Part shown: positions 9,374-19,077 of the stretch, in pieces | Numbering within the stretch: the first letter of the stretch is position 1 | Layout: every line of letters begins with the position of its first letter | From: Spirochaetia bacterium | GTDB lineage: Bacteria > Spirochaetota > Spirochaetia > SZUA-6 > Bin103 | DNA: 64,000 nucleotides | Reading direction: 5' to 3' | Assembly (NCBI GenBank): GCA_965203055.1 | Contig: OZ241863.1 | Coordinates: 2,848,001 to 2,912,000 of the forward strand | The notes under the pieces: model-generated | Told to the model about the DNA's origin: nothing | The model's database searches: none | The model's input: the letters and a program-made list of their open reading frames with translations, nothing else | Program-made: the position numbers and the translations under genes

Positions 9374-11377
9374 GTGTACAAAGCAATGGTACTGGGACTC
9401 GCGCTGATCACGGCAGGCGCGAGCCTGTTCGCGGGCGGCGCCGGCGACAGCGGCAGCGCGTCCGCGCCGGCCGCGGGCGCGGCAATGGGCAGCGGGGAGT
9501 ATGCGGAAGCGCCGATGCTCGCGGCCCTGGTGGCGGCGGGCAAGCTGCCGCCGGTGGCTGACCGGCTGCCGGTGGAACCGGCGGTGATGGAGCCGATCGA
9601 GTCGGTTGGCACCTACGGCGACACGATCTACGTGTTCGTGGCCAGCACCGAGCCGTGGAACACGCTGCAGGAGGAGACCGAGCGCGGCAGCTACCTCGGC
9701 TACATCCGGCAGGACACTACGGTAGTGCCCAATCTGGCCAAGGGCTTCGAGCTGGGGCCGGACTTCCTGAGCCTGACCATCACCCTGCGCGAAGGCGCGC
9801 AATGGTCCGACGGCCACCCGTTCACCGCCGACGACGTGGTGTTCGCGTTCGAGGATTGGCACTTCGACTCCCGGGTCGGCGGCGCCACGCAGCCGTTCTG
9901 GCTGAACAAGGTGCGACGCGCGATCAAGATCGACGACTACACGGTGCGCCTCGAAACCGACTCACCCTATCCGGTGATGCTGGCCAAGATGGGCGAACCG
10001 GCGGGCGGCGACTGGCACGCCTATCTGCCCCGGCACTACCTGGAGAAGTTCCACATCAAGTACAACCCGGAGGCCGACGCGCTGGCCAAGGAGCAGGGCT
10101 ACGACAGTTGGAACCTGGCCCTGGAAGCCAACGACTGGGAGTACCAGAACGGCTACCGGCACCTGAAGGAAGATGGCGAACCGCGGCCCACCATGCAGCC
10201 GTGGTCGTTGATCGAGGTCACCGACACCACCAAGGTGCACGAGCGCAACCCCTACTTCTACAAGGTGGACCCGAGCGGCCAGCAGCTCCCCTACATCGAC
10301 CGCGTCATCGCCGGCATCGCCGACATCGAGACCATTCAGCTCAAGATCATCGCCGGCGAAGTGGACCTGGACTACGTCAACGCCACCAGCGACAACTACG
10401 CGCTCTACAAGGAGAACGAGGCGGCCGGCGGCTACGTGCTGCAGGAGATCCCGATCAACCAGATCCCGATCGCGTTCGCGGTCAACCAGACCCACGAGAC
10501 CAAGGGCCGCGTGTTCCGCGACCTGCGCTTCCGCCAGGCGCTTTCGCTGGCGATCGACGCCGACGAAGTGAACGACAGCGTGTACTTCGGGCTCGGCGAG
10601 CCGATGGTGTTTCCGGTGGCGGGCGCGAGCTTCTCCCCGCCGGCGTGGAGCAACAATCCCTACGACGCCTACGACCCGGATGAGGCGAATCGCCTGCTCG
10701 ACGCCGCGGGCCTCGACCGGCGGGACGGCGACGGCTGGCGGCTCGGCGACGACGGCAAGATCTTCTCCCTCACCATCGAGGGACGGGTCCAGGGCGAGCA
10801 CAGCGCGACCAGCAAGGCGATCGAGCTGATGCGCGAGTATTGGCGCGCGGTCGGGCTGAAGACCGAGATCAAGCTGTCCGACGGCGCCCTGCACCGCGAG
10901 CGCCGCAACGGCAACCTGCTGGAGATCAACGTTGGCACCTGGGGGTATCCCTCCGAGTCGCGCCAGTACATGATCGACCGCGAAGCGTGGGCGCACGGCC
11001 ACCACGACCTGAGTTGGGCGCCGGAGTGGGGCCTCTGGCTGGAAGCGTGGATCGAGGTCGAGGAAGGCACCCGCAGCCTCAGCGACTTCGAAGGCGGCGT
11101 GCTGCCGGGCCAGGAACCCCCGGAGGAATTCAAGCAACTGTTCCAGTGGGGCGAGGAGCGCGCCCAAACCGTGCTCGGTTCGCCGGAGTACCTGGAGGTG
11201 TCGCGCAAGATCTTCGGCTTTCACTTCGACAACCTGCTGATGCAGGGCGTGGTCGGCGGGCAGCCGCACTTGGTGGTCGCCAAGGCCAACCTGGGCAACG
11301 TGCCCACCGGCTTTCACGGCAGCGCCGCCTGGTGGGGCGACCTGAACATCGAGGCGGAGCAGCTCTACTTCAAGTAG
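9374..11377 (+). CDS. ABC transporter substrate-binding protein (family 5, peptide/oligosaccharide type)
   Basis: True start GTG 9374 after GAGAGGA; EAPML...LPPVADRLP, WSDGHPFTADDV, NPYFYKVD..GQQLPYID, FRQALSLAID. Confidence 0.9.
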   Translation: MYKAMVLGLALITAGASLFAGGAGDSGSASAPAAGAAMGSGEYAEAPMLAALVAAGKLPPVADRLPVEPAVMEPIESVGTYGDTIYVFVASTEPWNTLQEETERGSYLGYIRQDTTVVPNLAKGFELGPDFLSLTITLREGAQWSDGHPFTADDVVFAFEDWHFDSRVGGATQPFWLNKVRRAIKIDDYTVRLETDSPYPVMLAKMGEPAGGDWHAYLPRHYLEKFHIKYNPEADALAKEQGYDSWNLALEANDWEYQNGYRHLKEDGEPRPTMQPWSLIEVTDTTKVHERNPYFYKVDPSGQQLPYIDRVIAGIADIETIQLKIIAGEVDLDYVNATSDNYALYKENEAAGGYVLQEIPINQIPIAFAVNQTHETKGRVFRDLRFRQALSLAIDADEVNDSVYFGLGEPMVFPVAGASFSPPAWSNNPYDAYDPDEANRLLDAAGLDRRDGDGWRLGDDGKIFSLTIEGRVQGEHSATSKAIELMREYWRAVGLKTEIKLSDGALHRERRNGNLLEINVGTWGYPSESRQYMIDREAWAHGHHDLSWAPEWGLWLEAWIEVEEGTRSLSDFEGGVLPGQEPPEEFKQLFQWGEERAQTVLGSPEYLEVSRKIFGFHFDNLLMQGVVGGQPHLVVAKANLGNVPTGFHGSAAWWGDLNIEAEQLYFK

Positions 11378-11467
11378 GCGCTGCGAGGAAGGCATCGAAG
11401 GCGCGGGCGGCGGCCGGGGACCTGATCCGGCCCGCCGCCGCCGGCCCGCGCGCTTCCACCACGGCTC

Positions 11468-12466
11468 ATGGCACGCTATCTGTTGCGCCGCGCGATCTAC
11501 ATGATGGCGCTGCTGCTGCTCCTTTCATTCGTCTCCTTCCTCATCATCCAACTGCCGCCGGGCGACTACCTGAGCACCCACATCGCCAGCCTGGAGGCGC
11601 GCCGAATCCCGGTCACCGAGCTGGTGATCGAGAACCTGCGCGAGCGCTACGGGCTCGGGCTGCCGCTCCACGTGCAGTACCTCAAGTGGCTCGGGAACCT
11701 GTTGCGCGGCGACATGGGGGAGTCGTTCTCGCAGAACCGCGACGTGGCGCAGGTGATCGGCGAGCGCTTCGCGCTGTCCGCGGCGCTCTCGCTCAGCTCG
11801 CTGATCCTGGTGTACGTGATGGCGATCCCGATCGGCATCTACTCCGCGACCCACCAGCACTCGGCCGGCGACTACGCCGCCACGGTGTTCGGGTTCCTGG
11901 GGCTGGCGACTCCCAACTTCCTGCTGGCGCTGATCCTGATGTACCTGGCGTTCACCTATTTCGGATGGAGTCCCGGCGGGCTGTTCTCGCGCGAGTACTT
12001 GGCCGCGCCGTGGAGCGTCGGCCGGGTGATCGACCTGCTCAAGCACCTGCCGATCCCCCTGATCGTCATCGCTACCGCCGGCACCGCGGAGATCATCCGC
12101 GTGCTGCGCGCTTCGCTGCTGGACGAGATCCGCAAGCAGTACGTGATCACCGCCCGTTCCAAGGGCCTGCCGGAGCGCGCCATCCTGTTCCGCTATCCGG
12201 TGCGCGTCGCGCTCAACCCGATCATCAGCACCGTGGGCGCGCTGCTGCCGGCCATCGTATCCGGCGAGACGCTGACCGCCATCGTCCTGAGCCTGCCCAC
12301 CATCGGCCCGCTGCTGCTGCAGGCGCTCAAGGGCCAGGACATGTACCTGGCCGGCGGCATCGTCATGCTGCTCGGCGCCCTGATCCTGGTGGGCACGTTG
12401 ATCTCCGATCTGCTGCTGGCCGCGGTCGATCCGCGCATCCGCTTCGGGGCGCGGGCGCCCGCCTGA
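11468..12466 (+). CDS. ABC transporter permease (DppB/OppB type)
   Basis: IIQLPPGD, EAA-like YVITARSKGL, DPRIR terminus. Confidence 0.92.
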   Translation: MARYLLRRAIYMMALLLLLSFVSFLIIQLPPGDYLSTHIASLEARRIPVTELVIENLRERYGLGLPLHVQYLKWLGNLLRGDMGESFSQNRDVAQVIGERFALSAALSLSSLILVYVMAIPIGIYSATHQHSAGDYAATVFGFLGLATPNFLLALILMYLAFTYFGWSPGGLFSREYLAAPWSVGRVIDLLKHLPIPLIVIATAGTAEIIRVLRASLLDEIRKQYVITARSKGLPERAILFRYPVRVALNPIISTVGALLPAIVSGETLTAIVLSLPTIGPLLLQALKGQDMYLAGGIVMLLGALILVGTLISDLLLAAVDPRIRFGARAPA

Positions 12467-12476
12467 AGGCGGCGGC

Positions 12477-13604
12477 ATGAGCACCCGGCAGGCCGCTCCC
12501 GCCGGCGCGCGGCGCCTCGACGACGAGCGGTACTACGTCGCTTCGAGTTGGACGCTCATGCGCCGCCGCTTCATGCGCCACCGGCTGGCGCTGGTCGGCG
12601 GCGTGGTGCTGGGCGTCATCTATCTGCTGGCCATCTTCGCCGACTTCTTCGCGGTGTCGGGCCGCGACCTGCGCTACCCGGAGCACCTGTACGCGCCGCC
12701 CACGCGCGTGCGGGTGGCGCACGAGGGCCGGCTGCGCGCGCCGTTCGTGTACGGCCTGCAGGTGACCCGCCACCCGGTGACGCGCGCCAAGGTGTTCACC
12801 ATCGACCGGCAACAGACCTTTCCCGTGCGGTTCTTCGTACCCGGTTACGAGTACCGGCTGCTCGGCCTGATTCCGCTCCGCGTCCACTTCCTGGGAGTGG
12901 ACGAACCGGGGGTGTTGTTCCCGTTCGGCACCGACAGCCTGGGGCGCGACATGCTGGCGCGGGTGCTGCACGGGGCGCGGGTGTCGCTCTCGATCGGCCT
13001 GGTCGGGGTGGCGATCAGCTTTGCGCTCGGCTGCCTGCTCGGCGGCGTCTCCGGCTTCTTCGGCGGTCCGGTGGACATGCTGGTGCAGCGCGTCATCGAG
13101 TTCCTGCAGGCGCTGCCCACCATTCCGCTGTGGATGGCGTTGGCCGCGGCGGTGCCGATCGAGTGGCCGGCGCTGCGCGTCTACTTCGTGATCACCATCA
13201 TCCTGAGCGTGATCGGCTGGACCGGCCTGGCGCGGGTGGTACGCGGCAAGCTGCTGCAACTGCGCACCGAAGACTACGTGACCGCGGCCGCGATCGGCGG
13301 CGCCCGGCCGATGGCGATCATCACCCGCCATTTGCTGCCCGGCTTCCTGAGCTACCTGATCGTCCACCTGACGGTCGCGATCCCCTACGTGATCCTCGGC
13401 GAGACCGCGCTGAGCTTCATCGGCATCGGCCTGCGCCCGCCGGTGGTGAGCTGGGGGGTGATGCTGCAGCAGGCGCAGAACGTGCGCACCATCTCGCTGC
13501 ATCCCTGGCTGCTGCTGCCCGGACTGTTCGTGGTGGTGGTCGTGCTGTGCTTCAACTTCGTCGGCGACGGCCTGCGCGACGCCGCCGACCCCTACCAGCG
13601 CTAG
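12477..13604 (+). CDS. ABC transporter permease (DppC/OppC type)
   Basis: FGTDSLGRD, YVTAA..GA, ETALSFIGIG, GDGLRDAADP. Confidence 0.92.
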   Translation: MSTRQAAPAGARRLDDERYYVASSWTLMRRRFMRHRLALVGGVVLGVIYLLAIFADFFAVSGRDLRYPEHLYAPPTRVRVAHEGRLRAPFVYGLQVTRHPVTRAKVFTIDRQQTFPVRFFVPGYEYRLLGLIPLRVHFLGVDEPGVLFPFGTDSLGRDMLARVLHGARVSLSIGLVGVAISFALGCLLGGVSGFFGGPVDMLVQRVIEFLQALPTIPLWMALAAAVPIEWPALRVYFVITIILSVIGWTGLARVVRGKLLQLRTEDYVTAAAIGGARPMAIITRHLLPGFLSYLIVHLTVAIPYVILGETALSFIGIGLRPPVVSWGVMLQQAQNVRTISLHPWLLLPGLFVVVVVLCFNFVGDGLRDAADPYQR

Positions 13605-14947
13605 CCAGCCGCCGCGGCGGCGCCGATGCGCTCCAGGGCCACGGCGGCGTTGGCGCGGGTGTAGCGCTCCTCGTCGCTCGCGGCGCGGCGCAGGGCGGGC
13701 GCCGCGGCGGCTGCCGCGGGACCCAGCCGCGCCAGCGCCAGGGCGGCGTTGTGGCGCACGCGGCTGTCGGCGTCGGCCAGGCAGCCGCTCAGCGCGGGCA
13801 CGGCCGCCGCGGCCGCGGGCCCCAGGTAGCCGAGCGCCTCGACGGCGTTGCGCCGCACCCACACCGATTCGTCGCCCAGCGCGCGGGTGAGCTGCGGCGC
13901 GGCGGCGCCCGCGGTCTCGCCCATGTCGCCGAGCGCGTCCGCGGCCGCGGCGCGCACCCACCAGGCGGCGTCGGCCAGCAGGGCCGCAGTGGCCGGCACG
14001 GCGGGCGCGCCGCAGGCGGAGAGCCCGAATACCGCCTCGAGCTGGCTGGGATTGGTGTAATCGGCCTCCAGGTTGCGCCGGCGCAGGGTCGCCGCCTGCC
14101 GGCGCAGCGCCGCGGTGAGGCGCGGCACCGCGGGCGCGCCGCGGCTGGCCAGGGCGTAGGCGGCGCGCAGCCGCTCGGCCTCGGCGCCCTGCTCCAGGCG
14201 CCGGGCCCAGTCGTCGAGCGCGCCCGGGGCCGGCGCCGGTTCCCACGCCGCGCCGCGCATCCAGTCCCACATCCGGCGCCGCAGGGCGGCCGGCGGGTCG
14301 TCGCCGGTCAGGTCGCAGGCCGCGGCGCGGTGGTCCCACGCCGCGGCGCGCGGTTCGCTCATGCGCGTGAACAGGAACTTGACCATGTAGCGGCAGCGGT
14401 CGCCGGTGTTGGCGGTGGCGCGGTGCCACAGGTCGTAGTGCACGATGGTCACGGTACCGGCGGCGCCGCACAGCGGAAGTTCGCTGCGCCGGTGAGCGTG
14501 CGCGGCGGAGTCGTAGTACTGGCTGGCGGGCAGGATGGCGGTCGGCCCCAGCGCGCGGCTCACGTCCTGGGGATAGTAGAACGCCATGGCCCAGCGGGTG
14601 CGGTGGTGGCGTACATTGCAGTCGTTCTCGTAGCTGTCCTGGTGCATCTCCTGGCCGCCGGAGCCGCGCGGATTGGGGTGACAGTGGCGGTGCGGATGAA
14701 TCAGGTAGTCCGCTCCGAGCAGGCTTCGCAAGGCGCCGTCCACCGCGGGGTCGCGCAGGATCTCGTAGAGTTCGGGCACGCGCGGCAGAATGTCGTTGTG
14801 CGGGTTGCCTGACGCCGCGAACAGGGCCTCGATCCGGCGCAGGACGCGCCGGTGAAACGCGGCCGGGTGACTGGTGCGCAGCACCAGGTAGCCGTCAGTC
14901 AGATAGTCCCGGAGCTGGCGGTCGCGCAGCAGAATCGGCGCCGTCAT
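13601..14947 (-). CDS. PhyH-family dioxygenase fused to C-terminal HEAT repeats
   Basis: N-terminal MHQD...GPTAILPASQ...VHYDLWHRA; C-terminal repeats VRAAAADALG, VRRNAVEALG, VRHNAALALA. Confidence 0.85.
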   Translation of the reverse strand: MTAPILLRDRQLRDYLTDGYLVLRTSHPAAFHRRVLRRIEALFAASGNPHNDILPRVPELYEILRDPAVDGALRSLLGADYLIHPHRHCHPNPRGSGGQEMHQDSYENDCNVRHHRTRWAMAFYYPQDVSRALGPTAILPASQYYDSAAHAHRRSELPLCGAAGTVTIVHYDLWHRATANTGDRCRYMVKFLFTRMSEPRAAAWDHRAAACDLTGDDPPAALRRRMWDWMRGAAWEPAPAPGALDDWARRLEQGAEAERLRAAYALASRGAPAVPRLTAALRRQAATLRRRNLEADYTNPSQLEAVFGLSACGAPAVPATAALLADAAWWVRAAAADALGDMGETAGAAAPQLTRALGDESVWVRRNAVEALGYLGPAAAAAVPALSGCLADADSRVRHNAALALARLGPAAAAAAPALRRAASDEERYTRANAAVALERIGAAAAAG

Positions 14948-14981
14948 GGCCAAAAAGAACCTCCTCGCGCGCGCCGCATGG

Positions 14982-15419
14982 TCACCCCGGCGGGGCGGCG
15001 CTCATCAGCGCGCCGGCGCGTTCCACCAGCTCCATCAGCACTTCCAACTCCAGGTCGGCCAGCCGGCGGAAGCTGATGCTGCTCTTGCCCGCCTTTACCT
15101 TGCCGAGGCGGCCGGCGTACGCCTCGGTGAGGTAGCGGCGCCCGTCGGCGGCGTTGACGTAGACGCTGTAGTAGCTCTTCTGCCGCGCCAGCCCGACGAT
15201 GAACCATGCCACCGGCGTCTTGTCCGAACGGACGTAGGAGTAATCGCCGTAGCCGATGATGGTCTGGAAGCTGCCGCCCCAGAACACCCCCTGCCACAGG
15301 CTGCGGCGGTGCCCGGGCAGCGCCGCGCCGAGGCGGCGATCCAGCGCCGTCATGTCGCCGCGCAGCTCGCCGGGCAGCGAGGCGAGGTACTCGTCCGGGG
15401 AGGCAGCCACCCGTTCCAT
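14982..15419 (-). CDS. DUF1801 domain-containing protein
   Basis: IIGYGDYSY...WF.VGLARQKSYYSVY...LGKVKAGKSSISF. Confidence 0.8.
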   Translation of the reverse strand: MERVAASPDEYLASLPGELRGDMTALDRRLGAALPGHRRSLWQGVFWGGSFQTIIGYGDYSYVRSDKTPVAWFIVGLARQKSYYSVYVNAADGRRYLTEAYAGRLGKVKAGKSSISFRRLADLELEVLMELVERAGALMSAAPPG

Positions 15420-15486
15420 GCACTGCAAGCATATCAGATCCGGCGGTGCCTTTGCCCGCATGCCGCGGCGCGCGGCGCGCCGGCCT

Positions 15487-17088
15487 TCAGTAGGGAGGCG
15501 GCAGCTCCCCGACCGGGACTTCGATGAGGGCGGGCGCGTCGCCGGCGACGGCGCGCGCCAGCGCCGCTTCCAGGCCCGCGGGGTCGGCCACCCGTTCCCC
15601 CCGCACCCCGTAGGCGTCGGCCAGCTTCATGAAGTCGGGGTTGTGCAGCTCGGACCCGTATACGCGCCCGCCGAAGCGATTCCGCTGATCGCGCAGGACG
15701 TTGCCGTAGGCGTTGTCGTTGAACACGATCACCACCGCGTTGATGCCGTACTTGACCGCGGTCGCCAGCTCCTGCGAGTTGTACAGAAAGCCGCCGTCGC
15801 CCGAGATCGCCACCACCGCCCGGTCGGGCCGGGCCACCTTGGCGCCGAGCGCGGTCGGGTAGCCGTAGCCCAGCGTGCCGAAGTAGGAGGGTGTGATGAA
15901 CGAGCGCGGCGCGTATATCGGGCAGTGGGCGCGGCTGTAGTACCCGAGCTGGGTGAAGTCCTGGACGATGATGCCGTCGTCGGGCGTGCCGGCCCGGATC
16001 GCGCGCATGAACGAGCGCAGCGGCTCCGGCTCCGAGGCGGCGGCGAAGCGTTCCGCGTAGAGCGTCTCCAGCTCCCGCCTGCGGCTCGGCCGCGGCGGCG
16101 TCATCTCGGCCAGCCGCCGCTGCAGCGCGGCCAGCGTGGCGCGGGCGTCGCCGGCCATGGCGGCGGTGCGCGCATGGTTGCGCCCGATTTCCTGCGGGTC
16201 GATGTCGAGCTGCAGCACCTGTTGTTCGGCGCGCGGACCGGGCGGCGCCGCCAGCCGGGTGCCGACGGCAAAGATCAAGTCGTGTTCGGCGTGCCGTTCG
16301 CGGTAGGGATCGCGCCCGAAGCTGATCGGGCCGAGCGACAGGTAATGGCGGTCGGAGACCGCGCCGCGGCCCTCGCCGGTGGCGAACACGGGCGCCTGCA
16401 GATGCTCCGCCACCTGCAACAACGCGTCGTGGGCGTCGGCCAGATGCACGCCGCCGCCGGCCCAGATCGCCGGGTTGGCGGCGTTGGCGAGCAACTCCGC
16501 GCCGCGCTCGATCTCGGCCGCGGCCGCGGCCGGGCGCCGGCAGGCGGCGGGCTCGACGAGCTCCACCTCCGCGGCCGCGGCCAGGGTGTCCGGCGGAATC
16601 TCCAGTTCGACCGGCCGCGGGCGGCCCGACTGCAACTGGCGGAACGCCTCGTTGACGCTGCCCGGCACCTCCTGCGGCGCCAGGATGCGGCGGCCCCACT
16701 TGATCACCGGGCGGATGGTGTCGAGCTGATCGTTGATCTCGTGCAGGGCGCCGCGGTCGCGCCCGATCAGCGCCTGCTCCACCTGCCCGGCGATGACCAG
16801 GATCGGCGACGACGCGGAGTAGGCGGTGCCGATGCCGGCGGAGGCGTTCTGCAGCCCCGGTCCCGGTACGACGAGGGCGGTGCCGATGCCGCCGCCGGCG
16901 CGCGAGTAGCCGTCGGCCATGTAGGTGGTGGCCTGCTCGTGGCGGGTGGTGATGAAGCGGATCCCCGGCTGCTCGTGAAGCCCGTCGAGCAGGTGGTAGA
17001 GCTGCACGCCGGGCAGACCGAAGATCACCCGCACGCCTTCCCGATAGAGCTGCCGGGCGAGCGCCTGGCCGCCGGTCATCCTGGGCAT
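15487..17088 (-). CDS. Thiamine pyrophosphate-binding enzyme (acetolactate synthase-like family)
   Basis: FGLPG, RHEQ, GPG, GDGGFLYN...NDNAYG TPP motif. Confidence 0.9.
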   Translation of the reverse strand: MPRMTGGQALARQLYREGVRVIFGLPGVQLYHLLDGLHEQPGIRFITTRHEQATTYMADGYSRAGGGIGTALVVPGPGLQNASAGIGTAYSASSPILVIAGQVEQALIGRDRGALHEINDQLDTIRPVIKWGRRILAPQEVPGSVNEAFRQLQSGRPRPVELEIPPDTLAAAAEVELVEPAACRRPAAAAAEIERGAELLANAANPAIWAGGGVHLADAHDALLQVAEHLQAPVFATGEGRGAVSDRHYLSLGPISFGRDPYRERHAEHDLIFAVGTRLAAPPGPRAEQQVLQLDIDPQEIGRNHARTAAMAGDARATLAALQRRLAEMTPPRPSRRRELETLYAERFAAASEPEPLRSFMRAIRAGTPDDGIIVQDFTQLGYYSRAHCPIYAPRSFITPSYFGTLGYGYPTALGAKVARPDRAVVAISGDGGFLYNSQELATAVKYGINAVVIVFNDNAYGNVLRDQRNRFGGRVYGSELHNPDFMKLADAYGVRGERVADPAGLEAALARAVAGDAPALIEVPVGELPPPY

Positions 17089-17218
17089 TTGTCCATATTC
17101 TCCTTGCCTCATTGTCGCCGCCCCGGCCTCGGAGCGCAAGCTACCCTCGGCCGGCCGGCTCGGCCGACCTCGGCCGGCGCGGCGCTATAGGTCTCAGGTA
17201 CCGCGTCGTGTCATACTC

Positions 17219-18025
17219 GTGCGGATGAAGACTATCCTGGTAACCGGCAGCACCGACGGCATTGGCCGCGCCACCGCCCAGGCGCTGGCCGAGCGCGGCT
17301 GCGCGGTGCTCGTGCACGGCCGCAACCGGACGCGAGCGGAAGCCGCGGCGCGCGCGATCACCGGCGCTACCGGCAACCGGCAGGTGACGGCGGTGGCGGC
17401 CGACTTCGCGGCGCTGGCCGAAGTGCGGGCGCTGGCGCAGCAGGTCCTGCGCATCTGCCCGCGGCTCGACGTGCTGATCAACAACGCCGGCATCGCGGTC
17501 CGGCGCCGCCGCCTGTCGGCCGACGGCTACGAGAGTACGTTCGCCGTGAATCACCTCGCGCCCTTCCTGCTGACCAACCTGTTGCTCGACCGGCTGCGCG
17601 CAAGCGCGCCCGCGCGCATCGTCAACGTGAGCTCCGGCGTGCACGGCAGCGGGCGCATCAACTTCGACGACCTGCAGATGGAGCGCGGCTTCGACGGCTG
17701 GGAGGCGTACTGCAACTCCAAGCTCGCCAACGCCCTGTTCACCTGCGAGCTGGCGCGCCGCCTGGATGCCGGCGAGGTCACCGCCAACTTCCTGCATCCC
17801 GGCGTGATCGACACCAAGCTGCTGCACGTGAACTTCGGCGGCGGCAGCCCGGTGACCGAGGGCGCCAGCACCCCGCTGCACCTCGCGCTGGCCCCGGACC
17901 TGGAGGGTGTCAGCGGGGCGTACTACGTCAACCGGCGGCCGGCGCGAGCTTCCGCCGCGGCCGGTGACCGGCGCCTGGCCGCCGAACTGTGGCGCGTCAG
18001 CTCCGCCCTTACCGGTCTGGCGTAG
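17219..18025 (+). CDS. SDR family oxidoreductase (retinol dehydrogenase-like)
   Basis: TGSTDGIG, NNAG, VNHLAPF, YCNSK. Confidence 0.9.
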   Translation: MRMKTILVTGSTDGIGRATAQALAERGCAVLVHGRNRTRAEAAARAITGATGNRQVTAVAADFAALAEVRALAQQVLRICPRLDVLINNAGIAVRRRRLSADGYESTFAVNHLAPFLLTNLLLDRLRASAPARIVNVSSGVHGSGRINFDDLQMERGFDGWEAYCNSKLANALFTCELARRLDAGEVTANFLHPGVIDTKLLHVNFGGGSPVTEGASTPLHLALAPDLEGVSGAYYVNRRPARASAAAGDRRLAAELWRVSSALTGLA

Positions 18026-18044
18026 CGTCTTCGGCGGAGCGCGG

Positions 18045-18434
18045 ATGAGCGACTGGCTGCGCGACGGCGCGTTGGTCGGGGCCGGCGGGTTCTTCGGGGC
18101 GGCAGGCCGGTTTCTCGTTACCGGATGGCTCCGCGCCCATGCCGAACACTTCCCCTACGGCACCCTGACGGTGAACGTGATCGGCTCGTTGGCGCTGGGG
18201 TTCCTGGTGACCGCGCTCGCCGACCGGGTGTTCGCCGGCAGCCCGTTCCGGCTGCTGGCGCTGGTGGGCTTCCTGGGCGCATTCACCACCTTCTCGGCGT
18301 TCAGCTACGAGACGGTGCTGCTATGGGAAGCGGGCCGCTGGCCGGCGCTGGCCGCCAACCTCGCGCTGAACGTCGGCGGCTGCCTGCTGGCAACCGCGGC
18401 CGGGATGCTCGCCGCCCGCGGCGTAGCGGCCTAG
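18045..18434 (+). CDS. crcB: Fluoride efflux channel FluC/CrcB
   Basis: GGFFGAAGR, FPYGTL.VN..GS, GFLGAFTTFSAF. Confidence 0.92.
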   Translation: MSDWLRDGALVGAGGFFGAAGRFLVTGWLRAHAEHFPYGTLTVNVIGSLALGFLVTALADRVFAGSPFRLLALVGFLGAFTTFSAFSYETVLLWEAGRWPALAANLALNVGGCLLATAAGMLAARGVAA

Positions 18435-18649
18435 GCAAGGGAAGTCTTGAGCAGCTTGTCGATCAACACGAAGGCCAGGGCGGCCTGTTCGTTGCGGGTC
18501 AGGTCGCGCTCGATGGCGGCCAGCGCCGCGTCGATCCGGGGCGCGGCGGCAGGATCCTGCCGGGCGAGGCGAAAGGCGGCCGCGAGCTGAGCCTGGTTGA
18601 TGCAGTAGACCGACTCGCCGCCGGTGATGTCGACCGCCTGGACGGCCAC
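18431..18649 (-). CDS. Small hypothetical protein
   Basis: About 72-aa helical ORF directly downstream of the IscA-like gene on the same strand. Confidence 0.5.
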   Translation of the reverse strand: MAVQAVDITGGESVYCINQAQLAAAFRLARQDPAAAPRIDAALAAIERDLTRNEQAALAFVLIDKLLKTSLA

Positions 18650-18653
18650 CGTA

Positions 18654-18998
18654 TCAGACCGCGAAGCTGGCGCCGCAGCCGCACGCCTTGCCGGCGTTGG
18701 GGTTGCGGAACCGGAAGCCAAGGTTGATCAGATCGTCCGAGTAATCGATCTCCAGCCCGTCGACGTGCCGGGCGCTGCTGCGGTCGGCCACGATGCGCAC
18801 CGGGCCGGCGGTGAACAGCCGGCGGTCGAACGGGGTCTCGGTGGTATCGACCGAGGCCTCGTAGGTCATCCCGGCGCAGCCGCCCTCGGTGACCCAGATG
18901 CGGAGGAACTGGCCGCCGCCGCCGGTGAGGCGGGCGATCTCGGCGCTGGCGCGCTCGCTGACGTTGATCAGCGGCGCGGTGGTGATCGTTTCCTGCAC
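18654..18998 (-). CDS. Fe-S cluster assembly accessory protein (HesB/IscA/ErpA family)
   Basis: GGCAG..Y, IDY, F.FRNPNA..ACGCGASF. Confidence 0.92.
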   Translation of the reverse strand: MQETITTAPLINVSERASAEIARLTGGGGQFLRIWVTEGGCAGMTYEASVDTTETPFDRRLFTAGPVRIVADRSSARHVDGLEIDYSDDLINLGFRFRNPNAGKACGCGASFAV

Positions 18999-19077
18999 GC
19001 GCGAATCTCCTCGCTCCAAGCTACTGCCGCGCGCGCCGCCTGTCAAAGGGCGGTCGGCGGCGGTCCGGCGGGGGCGG

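Noticed and set aside
11400..11455. GC-rich stem-loop after the SBP gene as an ncRNA
   Set aside because: Typical intra-operon mRNA-stabilising hairpin in ABC operons; no RNA family features.
17089..17218. TPP riboswitch upstream of the TPP-binding enzyme
   Set aside because: No CTGAGA/conserved THI-box core found; a short divergent promoter region.
18026..18044. Fluoride riboswitch upstream of crcB
   Set aside because: Only 19 nt separate it from the SDR gene, and no recognisable aptamer was seen.
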